A stretch of 64,000 nucleotides of DNA, taken from the NCBI GenBank assembly GCA_040387855.1, contig JAZKCY010000001.1, positions 189,857 to 253,856 on the forward strand. Reading direction: 5' to 3'. The notes beneath the pieces were generated by a model, which saw nothing but the letters and a program-made list of their open reading frames with translations, did no database searches and had not been told where the DNA came from. This DNA is from Patescibacteria group bacterium (GTDB taxonomy: Bacteria; Patescibacteriota; Minisyncoccia; Phycocordibacterales; JAKAEA01). The position numbers and the translations under genes are program-made. Shown in pieces: positions 27,342-38,253 of the stretch. The stretch's first letter is position 1; every line of letters begins with the position of its first letter.

Positions 27342-29006
27342 ATGAAAAAAAATCATAAATACATTTTTGTTGTGGGAGGTGTAATGTCTGGAGTGGGCAA
27401 GGGTATCGCCACCTCTTCAATCGGTCAAATACTTCAAGCAAAAGGTTTCAAGGTCAATCCCATAAAGATTGACCCTTATCTTAACGTAGATGCAGGTACA
27501 ATGAATCCTACTGAGCACGGAGAGACCTTTGTACTCGACTCAGGGCTAGAAACAGATCAGGACATGGGTAACTACGAACGCTTCTTGAATGTCGATTTGA
27601 TTCCTGAAGATTATATGACCTCAGGAATGATTTATCTCCATATCATTCAGAAAGAACGAAATCTTGGATACAATGGAAAATGCGTCGATCCACTCCCATA
27701 CACCACTGAAGAAATCATCCGTCGTTGGAAAAAGTCAGCCGATCACCATGCATCAGATATCTCTATTATTGAAATTGGAGGAACTATTGGTGACTATCAA
27801 AACGTAATGTTTATCGAGGCAGCTCGAATTCTTAAAGTAAAACATCCCCAGGATGTTATTTTTGTGATTGTTTCGTATCTTCCAATTCCAAGTACGTTGG
27901 GTGAAATGAAGACTCGACCTACACAAAATGCTGTGCGACAACTCAACTCATATGGAGTACAACCAGATATTATTATTGCGCGAGGATCACATCCGCTTGA
28001 TCATAAGCGAAAAGAAAAAATTGCATTTTCATGTAGTGTGCAGGAAGATCATGTGATTTCTGCTCCTGACATTAAAAGTATTTATGATGTACCCGTTAAC
28101 TTTGAGAAAGATAGAATCGGCGACATTATTTTGAAAGATTTAAATCTTCGAGCAAAAAATAAAGATGATGGGCTCAGTGATTGGAAAAAATTTGTTGCTA
28201 AAACTAAAAATGGCAGCAAAGAATTAAACATAGCAATAGTTGGAAAATATTTTGATACTGGCGACTTTGTACTTTCAGATGCCTATGTATCTGTCATAGA
28301 AGCCATAAAGTTTTCTGCGTACCATCAAGGAGCAAAACCAAATCTCACATGGATAAATTCAAAGCATTATGAAACTGGCGATAGGGATGTATCTGAGCTT
28401 TCAAATTATGATGGGGTAATAGTGCCTGGAGGTTTTGGTGAATCAGGAATTGAAGGAGTCATTAAAGCAATTACGTATGCACGAGAAAATAAAATCCCAT
28501 ACCTTGGACTGTGCTATGGTATGCAGCTCATGACTATTGAATATGCACGTAATGTTGTAGGACTTAAAGGTGCACACACTACTGAAATAAATAAGAAAAC
28601 GCAGTATCCAATAATCGATATTATGGAGCACCAGAAAAAGCATTTAGAAGCCGGAAACTTTGGTGCCACTATGAGGCTTGGACAATACGAAGCGCATTTG
28701 AAGAAAGGAACAATTGCTCGAAAAGCGTATGGGATAGAAAGTGTTTTGGAACGTCATCGACATCGTTATGAAGTAAATCCAAAATTTGTGGAACAAATAG
28801 AACAAGCTGGTCTTGTTTTCTCAGGCACTTCCCCAGATGGCACACTTATGGAAATTGCAGAACTCCCTCAAGATATTCATCCGTTTTTTCTAGGTACTCA
28901 GTTTCATCCAGAGTTTAAAGCCCGTCCTTTAGCACCTCATCCGTTATTCTCTGAATTTGTAAAAGCATCATTGAAGAACAAAAAGCCCTCTGTGAAACTA
29001 GCTTGA
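27342..29006 (+). CDS. pyrG: CTP synthase
   Basis: GGVMSGVGKG, KIDPYLNVDAGTMNP, GLCYGMQ, ERHRHRYEVN, QFHPEF. Confidence 0.97.
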   Translation: MKKNHKYIFVVGGVMSGVGKGIATSSIGQILQAKGFKVNPIKIDPYLNVDAGTMNPTEHGETFVLDSGLETDQDMGNYERFLNVDLIPEDYMTSGMIYLHIIQKERNLGYNGKCVDPLPYTTEEIIRRWKKSADHHASDISIIEIGGTIGDYQNVMFIEAARILKVKHPQDVIFVIVSYLPIPSTLGEMKTRPTQNAVRQLNSYGVQPDIIIARGSHPLDHKRKEKIAFSCSVQEDHVISAPDIKSIYDVPVNFEKDRIGDIILKDLNLRAKNKDDGLSDWKKFVAKTKNGSKELNIAIVGKYFDTGDFVLSDAYVSVIEAIKFSAYHQGAKPNLTWINSKHYETGDRDVSELSNYDGVIVPGGFGESGIEGVIKAITYARENKIPYLGLCYGMQLMTIEYARNVVGLKGAHTTEINKKTQYPIIDIMEHQKKHLEAGNFGATMRLGQYEAHLKKGTIARKAYGIESVLERHRHRYEVNPKFVEQIEQAGLVFSGTSPDGTLMEIAELPQDIHPFFLGTQFHPEFKARPLAPHPLFSEFVKASLKNKKPSVKLA

Positions 29007-29061
29007 TTATATCCCCATTTTGAGGTATTTTAGAGAAACCCTTTTGTTTCACAGAAGGTAT

Positions 29062-29132
29062 TGCGGGATCGTCTAATGGTAGGACATTTGCCTCTGGAGC
29101 AGAGTATCTAGGTTCGAGTCCTAGTCCCGCAG
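29062..29132 (+). tRNA. tRNA-Gln(CUG)
   Basis: TGCGGGA/TCCCGCA acceptor, loop CTCTGGA, GGTTCGAGTCC. Confidence 0.92.
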
Positions 29133-29250
29133 CAAAGACTTTTGAGTTTGATATGTGGATTCTGAAATCAACATCCAATGCTATACTAAATAGGCTATCA
29201 AACGGAAAAAGAAAGATAATAAAAAACAGAACAAATATATTCCACAAATA

Positions 29251-30345
29251 GTGGTTATTGTTTTTGGTATCACTGCTGGAATAAGCTTTCTCTATTTTAT
29301 TTCAGGTACTCTATCTAGTCATGAATATGTTGCCGGTGTAGCCGCAACAACTTCTGAAAAGACTAGTATCGTTATTCCAACACTTGATAAAGCTCTCTAC
29401 AATGAAAAGATGATTGCTTTAGCAAATAATCCTGCACCAAAAATAAGCGCGAGTTCTACTGAAGCAACATCGACCCCTCCTTTGCCAGTGAGTTCAGATA
29501 CAGTGTCAGTACGTATCCCTAACAAGCCATGGCCAGTTGCTGGTGCATATCCAAAAGAGGGGGCATTGTTGCCATTCAATCGCATACTTGCGTACTACGG
29601 AAATTTTTATTCTACAAAGATGGGCGTGCTTGGAGAATATCCGCCTGATCAAATGCTTAAGATGCTTAAAGCTGAAGTAGCTAAATGGAACGCAGCTGAT
29701 CCCAGCACTCCAGCAATTCCTGCAATTCATTATATTGTAACCACAGCACAAGGTTCACCTGGAAAAGATGGAATGTATCGTCTTCGCATGCCAGATGAGC
29801 ACATCCAAAAAGCTATTGATTTAGCAAAAGAAGTAGACGGCATAGTTTTCCTCGATGTTCAGGTGGGATTAAGTAATCTTCAAGCAGAGCTTGCACCACT
29901 TGAGCAATATTTGAAGTTGCCAAATGTACATTTAGGTATTGATCCGGAATTTTCTATGAAAACAGGTGCGAAGCCGGGATCTGTTATTGGAACATTTAAT
30001 TCTGATGATATTAATTATGCTACAAATTTCTTAGCGAAAATTGTTAAAGAAAATAATCTTCCACCAAAGGTACTTGTTATTCATCGCTTTACTACTCGCA
30101 TGGTTACTGGATCTGAAAATATTAAGTTACTGCCAGAAGTGCAGATAGTTATGGATATGGATGGTTGGGGACCTCAGGCACAAAAACTAAGAACATATCG
30201 AGACATTGTCGTTGATGAACCTGTGCAATTCACTGGATTTAAATTGTTTTATAAACATGATCTCTTACCACCAAGTACTGGAATACTCACTCCTGAGCAG
30301 TTGTTGAAACTAACTCCGCGACCAATTTACATTCAATTTCAATAG
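29251..30345 (+). CDS. Conserved exported hypothetical protein
   Basis: N-terminal anchor; AYYG..MGVLGE, HLGIDPEF, DMDGWG, GFKLFY motifs. Confidence 0.7.
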   Translation: MVIVFGITAGISFLYFISGTLSSHEYVAGVAATTSEKTSIVIPTLDKALYNEKMIALANNPAPKISASSTEATSTPPLPVSSDTVSVRIPNKPWPVAGAYPKEGALLPFNRILAYYGNFYSTKMGVLGEYPPDQMLKMLKAEVAKWNAADPSTPAIPAIHYIVTTAQGSPGKDGMYRLRMPDEHIQKAIDLAKEVDGIVFLDVQVGLSNLQAELAPLEQYLKLPNVHLGIDPEFSMKTGAKPGSVIGTFNSDDINYATNFLAKIVKENNLPPKVLVIHRFTTRMVTGSENIKLLPEVQIVMDMDGWGPQAQKLRTYRDIVVDEPVQFTGFKLFYKHDLLPPSTGILTPEQLLKLTPRPIYIQFQ

Positions 30346-30362
30346 GTCTACTATAGTGAGAT

Positions 30363-31193
30363 ATGTATAAACGATTAACCGCACTATTTCTTTTTATTGC
30401 ATATAGTTTGATCTTGATCAAAGTAATGGTACTTAAAGATGTCCCACTTATTAAAGTTGGCATGGTTAAATTAAATTTTGGTGGAACTACTACAGACAAT
30501 CCTGCCAACTTTATTCCGTTTAAAACCATTCTGCCATATTTGTTTGGTCATAGGGGATTGGTTATTGCTGGTATAAATCTAGTCGGAAATATTATATTAC
30601 TTGTGCCGTTGGGATTTCTTATTCCGTTAATCTATAAGAATATAACGTGGAAAAAATCTTTTTTAATTGCTGCTGCTTCTGGCCTCATAATCGAAGTACT
30701 ACAAGTGCTCTTGCAGGTGGGAATATTTGATATCGATGATGTTATTCTCAATGCTTTTGGTTTCATGATTGGGTATTGGATATATTGTGTACTTGCAAAG
30801 ATCATGCGTTTCTTGAATCCCAAAAATAGAATCATTATAGCTGTATTGATTTTGGGAATTGCTGGTGCAGTTGTGTTCTATGGTTATCAAAAATTGCAAT
30901 TAGGTTTTGAACCTGGTGTGAGAAGTAGTGAGGAAAGTACTACAAATCAACGTGACCTTTGTAATGGTACTGGAGGCAACGGTAAGATTATTAGTGTTGG
31001 AGATACTACATTTACTCTTGAATTAAAAAACGGCAAGAAGCAAATTGTGTATCTTACAGATAAGACTAAAATAAAAATATCTTCAGGGGATGGTTCTATT
31101 TCAGATTTGAAAATAGGTGTAAGAGTAACTCTTGTTGGAGATGTGAATAATGATGGTGGCTTTGCGGCAGATTCTGTATATGTTTGTAACTAA
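30363..31193 (+). CDS. VanZ family protein with C-terminal DUF5666-like domain
   Basis: NFIPFKTI, GNIILLVPLG, IEVLQ, FDIDDVILN. Confidence 0.82.
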   Translation: MYKRLTALFLFIAYSLILIKVMVLKDVPLIKVGMVKLNFGGTTTDNPANFIPFKTILPYLFGHRGLVIAGINLVGNIILLVPLGFLIPLIYKNITWKKSFLIAAASGLIIEVLQVLLQVGIFDIDDVILNAFGFMIGYWIYCVLAKIMRFLNPKNRIIIAVLILGIAGAVVFYGYQKLQLGFEPGVRSSEESTTNQRDLCNGTGGNGKIISVGDTTFTLELKNGKKQIVYLTDKTKIKISSGDGSISDLKIGVRVTLVGDVNNDGGFAADSVYVCN

Positions 31194-31255
31194 ATAATAA
31201 AAAACAGAAGCTCTTTTTGAGAGTCCTGTTTTTAAAATAATCTATATAACTATTT

Positions 31256-31987
31256 TTATTGCACTGTAACTATTGATGACATATTTACACCTGTAGTTGC
31301 TCCCACAAAAGTGTAGGTATACATACCAGGAGTTGAAGGCATACTCATTGATCCAGTTGTGAAATTTCCGCCACCATCAGCGTGTGCTTGTCCTACTCGT
31401 ACTCCATCTCTATAAATCCAAATATCTTCTTCATGAGGGAAATTGGTTCCACTAAAATCAATACTTTGACCTGTCATTACTGTATGACTCATTGGCATAA
31501 GCTTCATGCTTGGATACATTGAATTGTGATATTCAGGTGTTGTTGTAGATGTACCTGGAGTTGTTGTTGACGTTGAGGTTGCTTGAGTTGATGTATGTGA
31601 CCAGAAGTTCCACTCAGTGCCGTTCCACTTCATAAGGAACTGAACACCATTCCTCATCCATTCTGTACCATCCCATGATCCAACACAGAGCATTGGATCA
31701 GTACATGGAACCAAACCATTAACGAGCCACACCAAACCATTGTCTGGCACATGGATCATGGTTGTTGTTGCCACCTCTTGTGTCGTTGTTCCAACTGTCA
31801 TCATATCTGTTGATGTTGCAGATGTTGTTGTTGCTGTGACATCTAGGTCAATAATTGCAGTCTCTTGTGTTGTGCTTGCTGATTCAGTTGAGCTAGCTGT
31901 TTGTGCATGCGTCACGTCTTGGAATAGAAACGCTAAGACTAGTAGGAGCGTCAGTTGAGAAAGTTTAAATGCTATATTTTTTTTCAT
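31256..31987 (-). CDS. Secreted Thr-rich hypothetical protein
   Basis: Signal peptide, low-complexity Thr tracts, Ig-like C-terminus. Confidence 0.7.
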   Translation of the reverse strand: MKKNIAFKLSQLTLLLVLAFLFQDVTHAQTASSTESASTTQETAIIDLDVTATTTSATSTDMMTVGTTTQEVATTTMIHVPDNGLVWLVNGLVPCTDPMLCVGSWDGTEWMRNGVQFLMKWNGTEWNFWSHTSTQATSTSTTTPGTSTTTPEYHNSMYPSMKLMPMSHTVMTGQSIDFSGTNFPHEEDIWIYRDGVRVGQAHADGGGNFTTGSMSMPSTPGMYTYTFVGATTGVNMSSIVTVQ

Positions 31988-32117
31988 AAGTTATAAAGTT
32001 AAATGAATATTACTTGCCAGTACTGTGTTGTAAGTTGTCTATGACGACTCGGTTGTAAGATACTTACTTTGCTGAGTTAGTGTGAGTTATTACTATGTAG
32101 CTGGTATATAAATATGC

Positions 32118-32690
32118 TTGTGCTACAATTTTGTTACACTAGAGCAAACTATCATGAAAAAAAATTTACCACTTATTGTAGGTCTGGCATTACCATTTGT
32201 ATTTATATTATTAATTGCAGTAGTCGTATATCTACCAAATGTTTTTATTAAACCTCAGCATGATTTTTTATATACAATGGCTGACCGAAATAATTACAAT
32301 TACAATACTGTCTATAAAAATACGTATGCAATCGAAAATGGAGGACTTGTTCAACGCCCAGTTGAATTACCAAAGCTGAATGAAAATGACACAAGAGTTA
32401 TAATCGATGCACCAAAATTGTATCGTTACAATGTTAAAGATTCTACAAACAAAGAAATTAGCTTTACCGAGGCACAATCACTAAAAATTGATGTGGGTCC
32501 ATCATCTCCAGATGGATACATTGTGGCATATAGATACAATCATAATGGAGTCTTTGAACTGTTTGGTAGTAATGGCAATAATAGTGGATATTTCATTTCA
32601 AAGGGTAAAGGGGGAAAGAAGCTTATTGGATTAGATAGTGCTGGTTATTACTATGAAAATAATTTTACCTTATTAGGCTGGATAAAATAA
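32118..32690 (+). CDS. Hypothetical membrane-anchored protein
   Basis: N-terminal TM; true start probably ATG 32154. Confidence 0.7.
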   Translation: MCYNFVTLEQTIMKKNLPLIVGLALPFVFILLIAVVVYLPNVFIKPQHDFLYTMADRNNYNYNTVYKNTYAIENGGLVQRPVELPKLNENDTRVIIDAPKLYRYNVKDSTNKEISFTEAQSLKIDVGPSSPDGYIVAYRYNHNGVFELFGSNGNNSGYFISKGKGGKKLIGLDSAGYYYENNFTLLGWIK

Positions 32691-32696
32691 AAATAT

Positions 32697-33713
32697 ATGG
32701 ACAAGCAACAGATCATTTCATTTATTCAAAATCAGGTCGCACAGGGAAATATTTCTCGTGATGACCTTGCTGCATTAGCTGGAATTGATACTCCACAGGT
32801 ACAATCTGTACTTGCTACTGGTACTACTCCAAACACAGTCGTGTCACCTGAACACTCCTCAAGAAACCTTATTAATGTTTTCTATATTATTGGAGCAATC
32901 ATTGTGTTGATTGGAGTTATTATTCTTCTTGGTCAAAATTGGGATGATATTGGATTCATAGGCCGTGTGGGATCTACTCTTGGAATTGCACTTGTAACAT
33001 ATCTTGCTGGTCTCACACTAAGTAAGTCTGTGCATGATACCCTCTCTCAAGTAATGTTTATGTTATCAGCTGTTTTGGCTCCCTTTGGAACTTTCATCTT
33101 ACTTGATGAAATGAATGTATTTGTAGATATCTCTGCACAAGTAGTGATTGCGTTGGTTTTTGTTTGTATCTATAGTGTTGCACAATTTGTTGCTCGAAAA
33201 AATATTCTTACTGTTGTCATTGCAGGGTATGCTACATGGGCATACTATGCTTTCTTACTAAAAATACTTGATAATCAACTCTTTGATAACGATATTATTA
33301 TTTGGGCAACAATGCTCCTCGGTATTTCGTACTGTGCAGTAGCATATGGATACTCATCAAAAAAAGTTGGATCTGTAGAAAAAGTAACTCAACGAGCATC
33401 TATTACACATCTTTTTTATGGAGCAGGTACGCTCGCAATTTTAGGTGGGGGAATTAGTCTTGGTGGAATGTGGGACCTTCCTTATATAGTACTTATCTTT
33501 GCAACATTTTATCTAAGTGTGTTTGTAAAAAATAGAGCAATGCTCGTGATTGCCGCGGCTTTCCTTGTGGGGCATATTATAAAACTAACTTCAAAATACT
33601 TCCTTGATTCTGTAGGATGGCCATTGGCACTTATTATCTGTGGATTTGCTGTGATTGGAGTAGGCTATATGACCTATTACGTAAATCGAAAATACTTAGC
33701 TAAAAAATACTAG
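32697..33713 (+). CDS. DUF2157-like multi-pass membrane protein
   Basis: IGAIIVLIGVIILLGQNWDDI motif, ~10 TM. Confidence 0.72.
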   Translation: MDKQQIISFIQNQVAQGNISRDDLAALAGIDTPQVQSVLATGTTPNTVVSPEHSSRNLINVFYIIGAIIVLIGVIILLGQNWDDIGFIGRVGSTLGIALVTYLAGLTLSKSVHDTLSQVMFMLSAVLAPFGTFILLDEMNVFVDISAQVVIALVFVCIYSVAQFVARKNILTVVIAGYATWAYYAFLLKILDNQLFDNDIIIWATMLLGISYCAVAYGYSSKKVGSVEKVTQRASITHLFYGAGTLAILGGGISLGGMWDLPYIVLIFATFYLSVFVKNRAMLVIAAAFLVGHIIKLTSKYFLDSVGWPLALIICGFAVIGVGYMTYYVNRKYLAKKY

Positions 33714-33732
33714 TAAAAGTAATTAAATACTT

Positions 33733-34101
33733 ATGTCTGAAATCCTAACGCTTTTTATTTTAGCTATTCCAATTGCCTGCATTGCATGGACAGTTACTCA
33801 TGAAGAGGTTTTTCGAGAGGCTCGTGAGTTTTGTGAACGCCGAAGTAGAAAAAGTAAGAGCATAATCACTCGTAAATTCTTCTATTTATTTACCTGTGAA
33901 TATTGCTTTAGTCATTATGTAACTATTGCAGTACTGTATTTTACAAACTATACATTGTTATTTACTGATTGGAGAGGATATGTACTTGCAGGATTTAGTT
34001 TAGTTTGGATAGCAAATGTGTACATGAGTTTGTTTGCTTTAATACGAGTGGATTTACGAAAAGAACGACTAGAAGCAAACAAAATTGAACAAGAATTATA
34101 A
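33733..34101 (+). CDS. Small membrane protein with CxxC (DUF1360-like)
   Basis: LFTCEYCFSHY motif, 3 TM. Confidence 0.65.
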   Translation: MSEILTLFILAIPIACIAWTVTHEEVFREAREFCERRSRKSKSIITRKFFYLFTCEYCFSHYVTIAVLYFTNYTLLFTDWRGYVLAGFSLVWIANVYMSLFALIRVDLRKERLEANKIEQEL

Positions 34102-34105
34102 AGCA

Positions 34106-34543
34106 CTAGTGTACTTTTAGATTTACATATTTGTTCATTAGGAAATTCCAAATACCCACAAGGGCACCTACTGTTATTCTTGATGTGATGAAACTCATAT
34201 GGAGTACGTCAACACAGATGATCATGAGCCCTATGATAAGCAATAGGCTACTAAGAGCAATAAGTAAGAAGTAGATGTATCCTTTCCCAATAGATCTGTG
34301 CGTGCCTTTAAACGCCCAGGTTCTACTTAACATATAATTTACAGTAATTGCGATCATGAATGAAATAATAATTGCTACTATATAATGAATCTTGAGAATA
34401 TCAGTAAATATCCATAATAGGAAAAGATCAAAAGCAAAAGTAGAACTGCTTGAAAGGGTATATCGGATAAACTGAGTTACGCTTCTACTCGCATGCCCAC
34501 CAAGCGAGGTAATCCAATTAAAATAATGAGTTAACGTAATCAC
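34106..34543 (-). CDS. GtrA family flippase-like protein
   Basis: QFIRY, NYMLSRTWAF, WNFLMNKY; 4 TM. Confidence 0.85.
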   Translation of the reverse strand: MITLTHYFNWITSLGGHASRSVTQFIRYTLSSSSTFAFDLFLLWIFTDILKIHYIVAIIISFMIAITVNYMLSRTWAFKGTHRSIGKGYIYFLLIALSSLLLIIGLMIICVDVLHMSFITSRITVGALVGIWNFLMNKYVNLKVH

Positions 34544-34579
34544 GAATGTATTATAACCCTTTTATAGAATTTAGCTTGG

Positions 34580-35080
34580 GTGTACACTAGAGGTATGAAA
34601 AAGAAAGGATTCTCACTTATTGAGCTGTTGGTTGTTATCGCAATTATTGGAATTTTGGCAGCTATTATTTTAACCGCAGTAAACACAGCTCGTGGTAAAG
34701 CACGTGATGCGAAAAGAAAATATGAAATTGCACAGATTGGAAGATTGGCAATCTCTTCAACTTGTTATGTTCCAGAAGCTGGGGCAGGGACATATGACCT
34801 CACAGATTTAGTTCCAGAGCTCGTTGCCCAAAATGCGCAGCTTGCACAGTATGTAAATCAGATCCCTCGAGATCCACAGGGATCTGAGACAGAAAGTTTA
34901 TATAAATATATAGTAGATGCTGAAGGGAAATGCGCTGTGTTTGCAAATCTTGAAAATGATAATGAGCGTGTGACACTTACGAGCGTTACAGCACCAACTC
35001 CAGGTGGTGGAACAGGCGTGCTTGAAGCAAGTGAGGAAGGATGGAATGGGTCAACAAAATATTTTCAAGTATCAAATTAA
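34580..35080 (+). CDS. Type IV pilin-like protein
   Basis: KKGF^[18 protein letters not shown] prepilin cleavage motif; start probably ATG 34595. Confidence 0.9.
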   Translation: MYTRGMKKKGFSLIELLVVIAIIGILAAIILTAVNTARGKARDAKRKYEIAQIGRLAISSTCYVPEAGAGTYDLTDLVPELVAQNAQLAQYVNQIPRDPQGSETESLYKYIVDAEGKCAVFANLENDNERVTLTSVTAPTPGGGTGVLEASEEGWNGSTKYFQVSN

Positions 35081-35083
35081 TAT

Positions 35084-35674
35084 ATGAATCCTTCAACAAA
35101 ATGGTATAACCGAATCCCAACATGGGGCTATGTAGTTTTAACACTAGGAGTCGTAGTTTTGGCTGGGGTTATTGAATATATGATGGGACGCAATGCGCTG
35201 TGCGCATGTGGCTATACATTGTTTTGGCAAACGTGGGGAGATACTTCAGGAAGCTCTCAACATATTTCTGATTGGTATACATTTTCACACATCATTCACG
35301 GATTTGTATTTTATGGATTCTTTAGATTAATTAGTAGGGGCAAGTGGCCTGTATGGTTTTGTTTATTGCTTGCAACAGGTGTTGAGGCTGGATGGGAAAT
35401 CCTAGAAAATTCTAGTTTTATTATTGATCGATATCGTGAATCAACAGTCTCACTTGATTACAACGGTGATAGTATTTTAAATTCGATTGCTGATATTTTG
35501 TATATGTTTGTTGGATTTTTCCTAGCACGCAAATTCCCAGTTTGGGTATCTATTGCACTCATTATATTTATGGAGGTGTGGGTGGGGTATATGATTCGAG
35601 ATAATCTTACATTAAATATTATTATGCTTATTTCTCCATTAGATGCCATTCGTACTTGGCAAATGGGCGGGTAA
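35084..35674 (+). CDS. DUF2585 (UPF0314) membrane protein
   Basis: MGR..CACG, SQHISDWYTFSHIIHG, WEILENS, YNGDSILNS. Confidence 0.88.
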   Translation: MNPSTKWYNRIPTWGYVVLTLGVVVLAGVIEYMMGRNALCACGYTLFWQTWGDTSGSSQHISDWYTFSHIIHGFVFYGFFRLISRGKWPVWFCLLLATGVEAGWEILENSSFIIDRYRESTVSLDYNGDSILNSIADILYMFVGFFLARKFPVWVSIALIIFMEVWVGYMIRDNLTLNIIMLISPLDAIRTWQMGG

Positions 35675-35705
35675 AAAAAAGCACCATCGCGAGATGAATG
35701 CTATG

Positions 35706-36305
35706 TTACGTCCACTTCATGCGGACAAGGGTGACTGACCAGAGGGCAACGACTTCGATCGATAGGAAGATCCAGAAGTTGCGGTCGGGCTTCCACTGTT
35801 TGCTGAACTTCATCATCCCGAGCGGGAAGAACAGGGTGAGGATGCTCGAGACGATCAGCAGGTCCCGTGTGCTTATCTGAGGCACTACCGGAAATAAGTA
35901 GAACAGGACGCACACCGACAGTCCAAACACCGCATAGAGGCCGTGAACCCATCCCGCAGCGGTGGTTTGTCCGTCGTGAGTATGAGCCTCCGGATGCTCA
36001 AGCGCTTGCCTGCTAAACAACATGCCGAGTCCTATTGCCCCAAACATCAGGAACATCATAGTGATGATGCCCGGGCCGGTGTAGAAGGGCAGTTTGTAGT
36101 TGCCCATGATGAACGCCACCAGGGGCGTAATCACGAACACATCTGCCCACATGCCGCCATGCTCCATAAAGGAGTAACCGTTCATAATGCCGCGCCGGCG
36201 CATCTGTGCTTGGGTCAGGAATCCGTCCAAGTAAGCGCAGACCGCTTGCAACAGCACCAGGCCGAGACCGATCATGAGAACCGGGATTGAAAAGGACATG
36301 GTCAC
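35706..36305 (-). CDS. Hypothetical membrane protein in a GC-rich islet
   Basis: 199 aa, ~6 TM, GGAG SD site, own terminator at ~35675-35702, visibly GC-rich. Confidence 0.7.
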   Translation of the reverse strand: MTMSFSIPVLMIGLGLVLLQAVCAYLDGFLTQAQMRRRGIMNGYSFMEHGGMWADVFVITPLVAFIMGNYKLPFYTGPGIITMMFLMFGAIGLGMLFSRQALEHPEAHTHDGQTTAAGWVHGLYAVFGLSVCVLFYLFPVVPQISTRDLLIVSSILTLFFPLGMMKFSKQWKPDRNFWIFLSIEVVALWSVTLVRMKWT

Positions 36306-36436
36306 GTACTCCGAAAAGGCAGAGACTGGTTATTGACGCCAGTGCACACAATACCACGTATTTGTATTTATGGCAATAGTAAGAATTACTCAAATAGCTT
36401 CCCATTTATCGAAAAATAAGGTAATCTTATAAAACT

Positions 36437-37894
36437 ATGTCAAGCGGAGAAGTAATAATAAGATTCGATGAAGTTTCATTCGAATATGGCCACAACAAAC
36501 CTATTTTAGATGAGGTTAGTTTTTCAGTGCGCAAAGGAACAAAGGTAACTATTATGGGTCAAAACGGTGCAGGTAAGAGTACTCTTTTTGGACTTATTAA
36601 TGGAAGTAATAAAAAGGAATCAGGTGATATCCACATTAATAATAAATTAACTATAGCAACATCACGACAGGTTATTCCTCGTGATCAGCTTGATCTCACG
36701 GTTCGAGAGTTTTTTGAGAAGTGTTTTGATACTAAAATTTATGATATTGACCCACGTATAGATAAAGTTCTTGATGTGGTTAATCTTCATGCACCTAAAG
36801 ATAAAATCATTCGAGCGTTTTCTGGAGGACAACAAGCGCGACTTTTGCTTGCCTCAGCATTGATTCAGGATCCAGATATTCTATTGCTTGATGAGCCTAC
36901 CAACAACTTGGATAAAGCAGGGATCGAACATCTTACTAAATTCTTGATTGAATATAAAAAGACTGTATTAGTTATTTCTCACGATGCTGACTTTTTGAAC
37001 TCATTCACCCATGGAGTGTTGTATCTTGATGTATTTACTAAAAAGATTGAGCAGTATGATGGTAACTACCTAGATGTAGTGAAAAATATTTCTGCTCGAA
37101 TCGAAAAAGAAAATCGAAAGAATGCACAGTTAGCAAAAGAAATTCAAGATAATAAAGATAAGGCTAACTTCTTTGCAAATAAAGGAGGTCAGATGCGTCT
37201 CGTTGCAAAGCGAATGCGAGAAAAGGCAGAGGAGCTTGAAGATGAAATTGTAGATATTCGAAAAGAAGATCGAACTATTCGACCTTTTATTATTCAGTCT
37301 CAGCCAGATTTTGTTGGTGAGATTTTGAATATCACTTCGTTGATGACTATGAATCCTAAGACTCATAAGCCTGTAACAAGAAAGGCAACTATCTCTCTAA
37401 AACGAAATCAGCATCTACTTTTGAAAGGACCAAACGGAATTGGGAAGACTACATTACTTGAATCTCTCGCAAATGGAACTGCAAAAGGGGCAACAATTAC
37501 TGATGGAATCAGAGTGGGGTACTATAGACAGGATTTTTCTACGCTCAATTTTGATGACACTGTATATGATGCTCTCATGGCTGTAATGGATAAGCAGATA
37601 GAAGAAAATATGCGTTCGACAGCTGCAGGGTTTCTTATTAATGGAGAAATGATGCGTACAAAAATTGGTAGCTTATCTGAAGGACAGAAAGGATTAGTAG
37701 CGTTTGCACGTCTAGTGTTACAGAAGCCAGGGTTGCTTATCCTCGATGAGCCAACAAACCATATCAACTTCCGACATATTCCTGTAATTGCAGAAGCCCT
37801 AAATAAGTATGAAGGAGCTATGGTGCTGGTAAGTCACGTGCCTGAGTTTGTAGAAAAAATTAGAATTGATGAGACATTAGATCTCGAAAAATAA
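36437..37894 (+). CDS. ABC-F family ATPase
   Basis: Two NBDs (GQNGAGKST, GPNGIGKTT), LDEPTNN/LDEPTNH, no TM. Confidence 0.92.
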   Translation: MSSGEVIIRFDEVSFEYGHNKPILDEVSFSVRKGTKVTIMGQNGAGKSTLFGLINGSNKKESGDIHINNKLTIATSRQVIPRDQLDLTVREFFEKCFDTKIYDIDPRIDKVLDVVNLHAPKDKIIRAFSGGQQARLLLASALIQDPDILLLDEPTNNLDKAGIEHLTKFLIEYKKTVLVISHDADFLNSFTHGVLYLDVFTKKIEQYDGNYLDVVKNISARIEKENRKNAQLAKEIQDNKDKANFFANKGGQMRLVAKRMREKAEELEDEIVDIRKEDRTIRPFIIQSQPDFVGEILNITSLMTMNPKTHKPVTRKATISLKRNQHLLLKGPNGIGKTTLLESLANGTAKGATITDGIRVGYYRQDFSTLNFDDTVYDALMAVMDKQIEENMRSTAAGFLINGEMMRTKIGSLSEGQKGLVAFARLVLQKPGLLILDEPTNHINFRHIPVIAEALNKYEGAMVLVSHVPEFVEKIRIDETLDLEK

Positions 37895-37901
37895 AAAACA
37901 T

Positions 37902-38237
37902 ATGTTATTCTTTCTCGTTCTAGGATTGTTACTTGGTGCTGTTGCAGTAATTTTTGCATTGCAAAATCTCACTACTATTTCAATTGCATTTTTAGGATGG
38001 AATCTTGAAGGATCATTAGCTCTTGTGTTGGTTCTTGCTATGGTCGCAGGGGTACTTATAAGTATTCTTGTTTCTATTCCTGAATTTATAAAGACTCAGA
38101 TGAAACTTTCAGCTCTTAAGAAACAGAACAAGAGACTTGAAGAAGAAGTTTTGAGACTTAAAGATTTAGTAAATCCAATTGTGGAACAACCTGTAATTGA
38201 AAGAACTGTAGTTACAGAAACAACACCAGTTGCATAG
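37902..38237 (+). CDS. LapA (DUF1049) domain membrane protein
   Basis: IFALQN...FLGW, two TM plus coiled coil. Confidence 0.78.
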   Translation: MLFFLVLGLLLGAVAVIFALQNLTTISIAFLGWNLEGSLALVLVLAMVAGVLISILVSIPEFIKTQMKLSALKKQNKRLEEEVLRLKDLVNPIVEQPVIERTVVTETTPVA

Positions 38238-38253
38238 TTCTCTATACGTACTC

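Noticed and set aside
28915-29247. Minus-strand 110-aa ORF
   Set aside because: Antisense to tRNA-Gln and the pyrG end; shadow ORF.
35698-36405. Alternative overlapping ORFs in the GC-rich islet
   Set aside because: Expected in GC-rich DNA; only 35706-36305 has an SD site, TM pattern and terminator.
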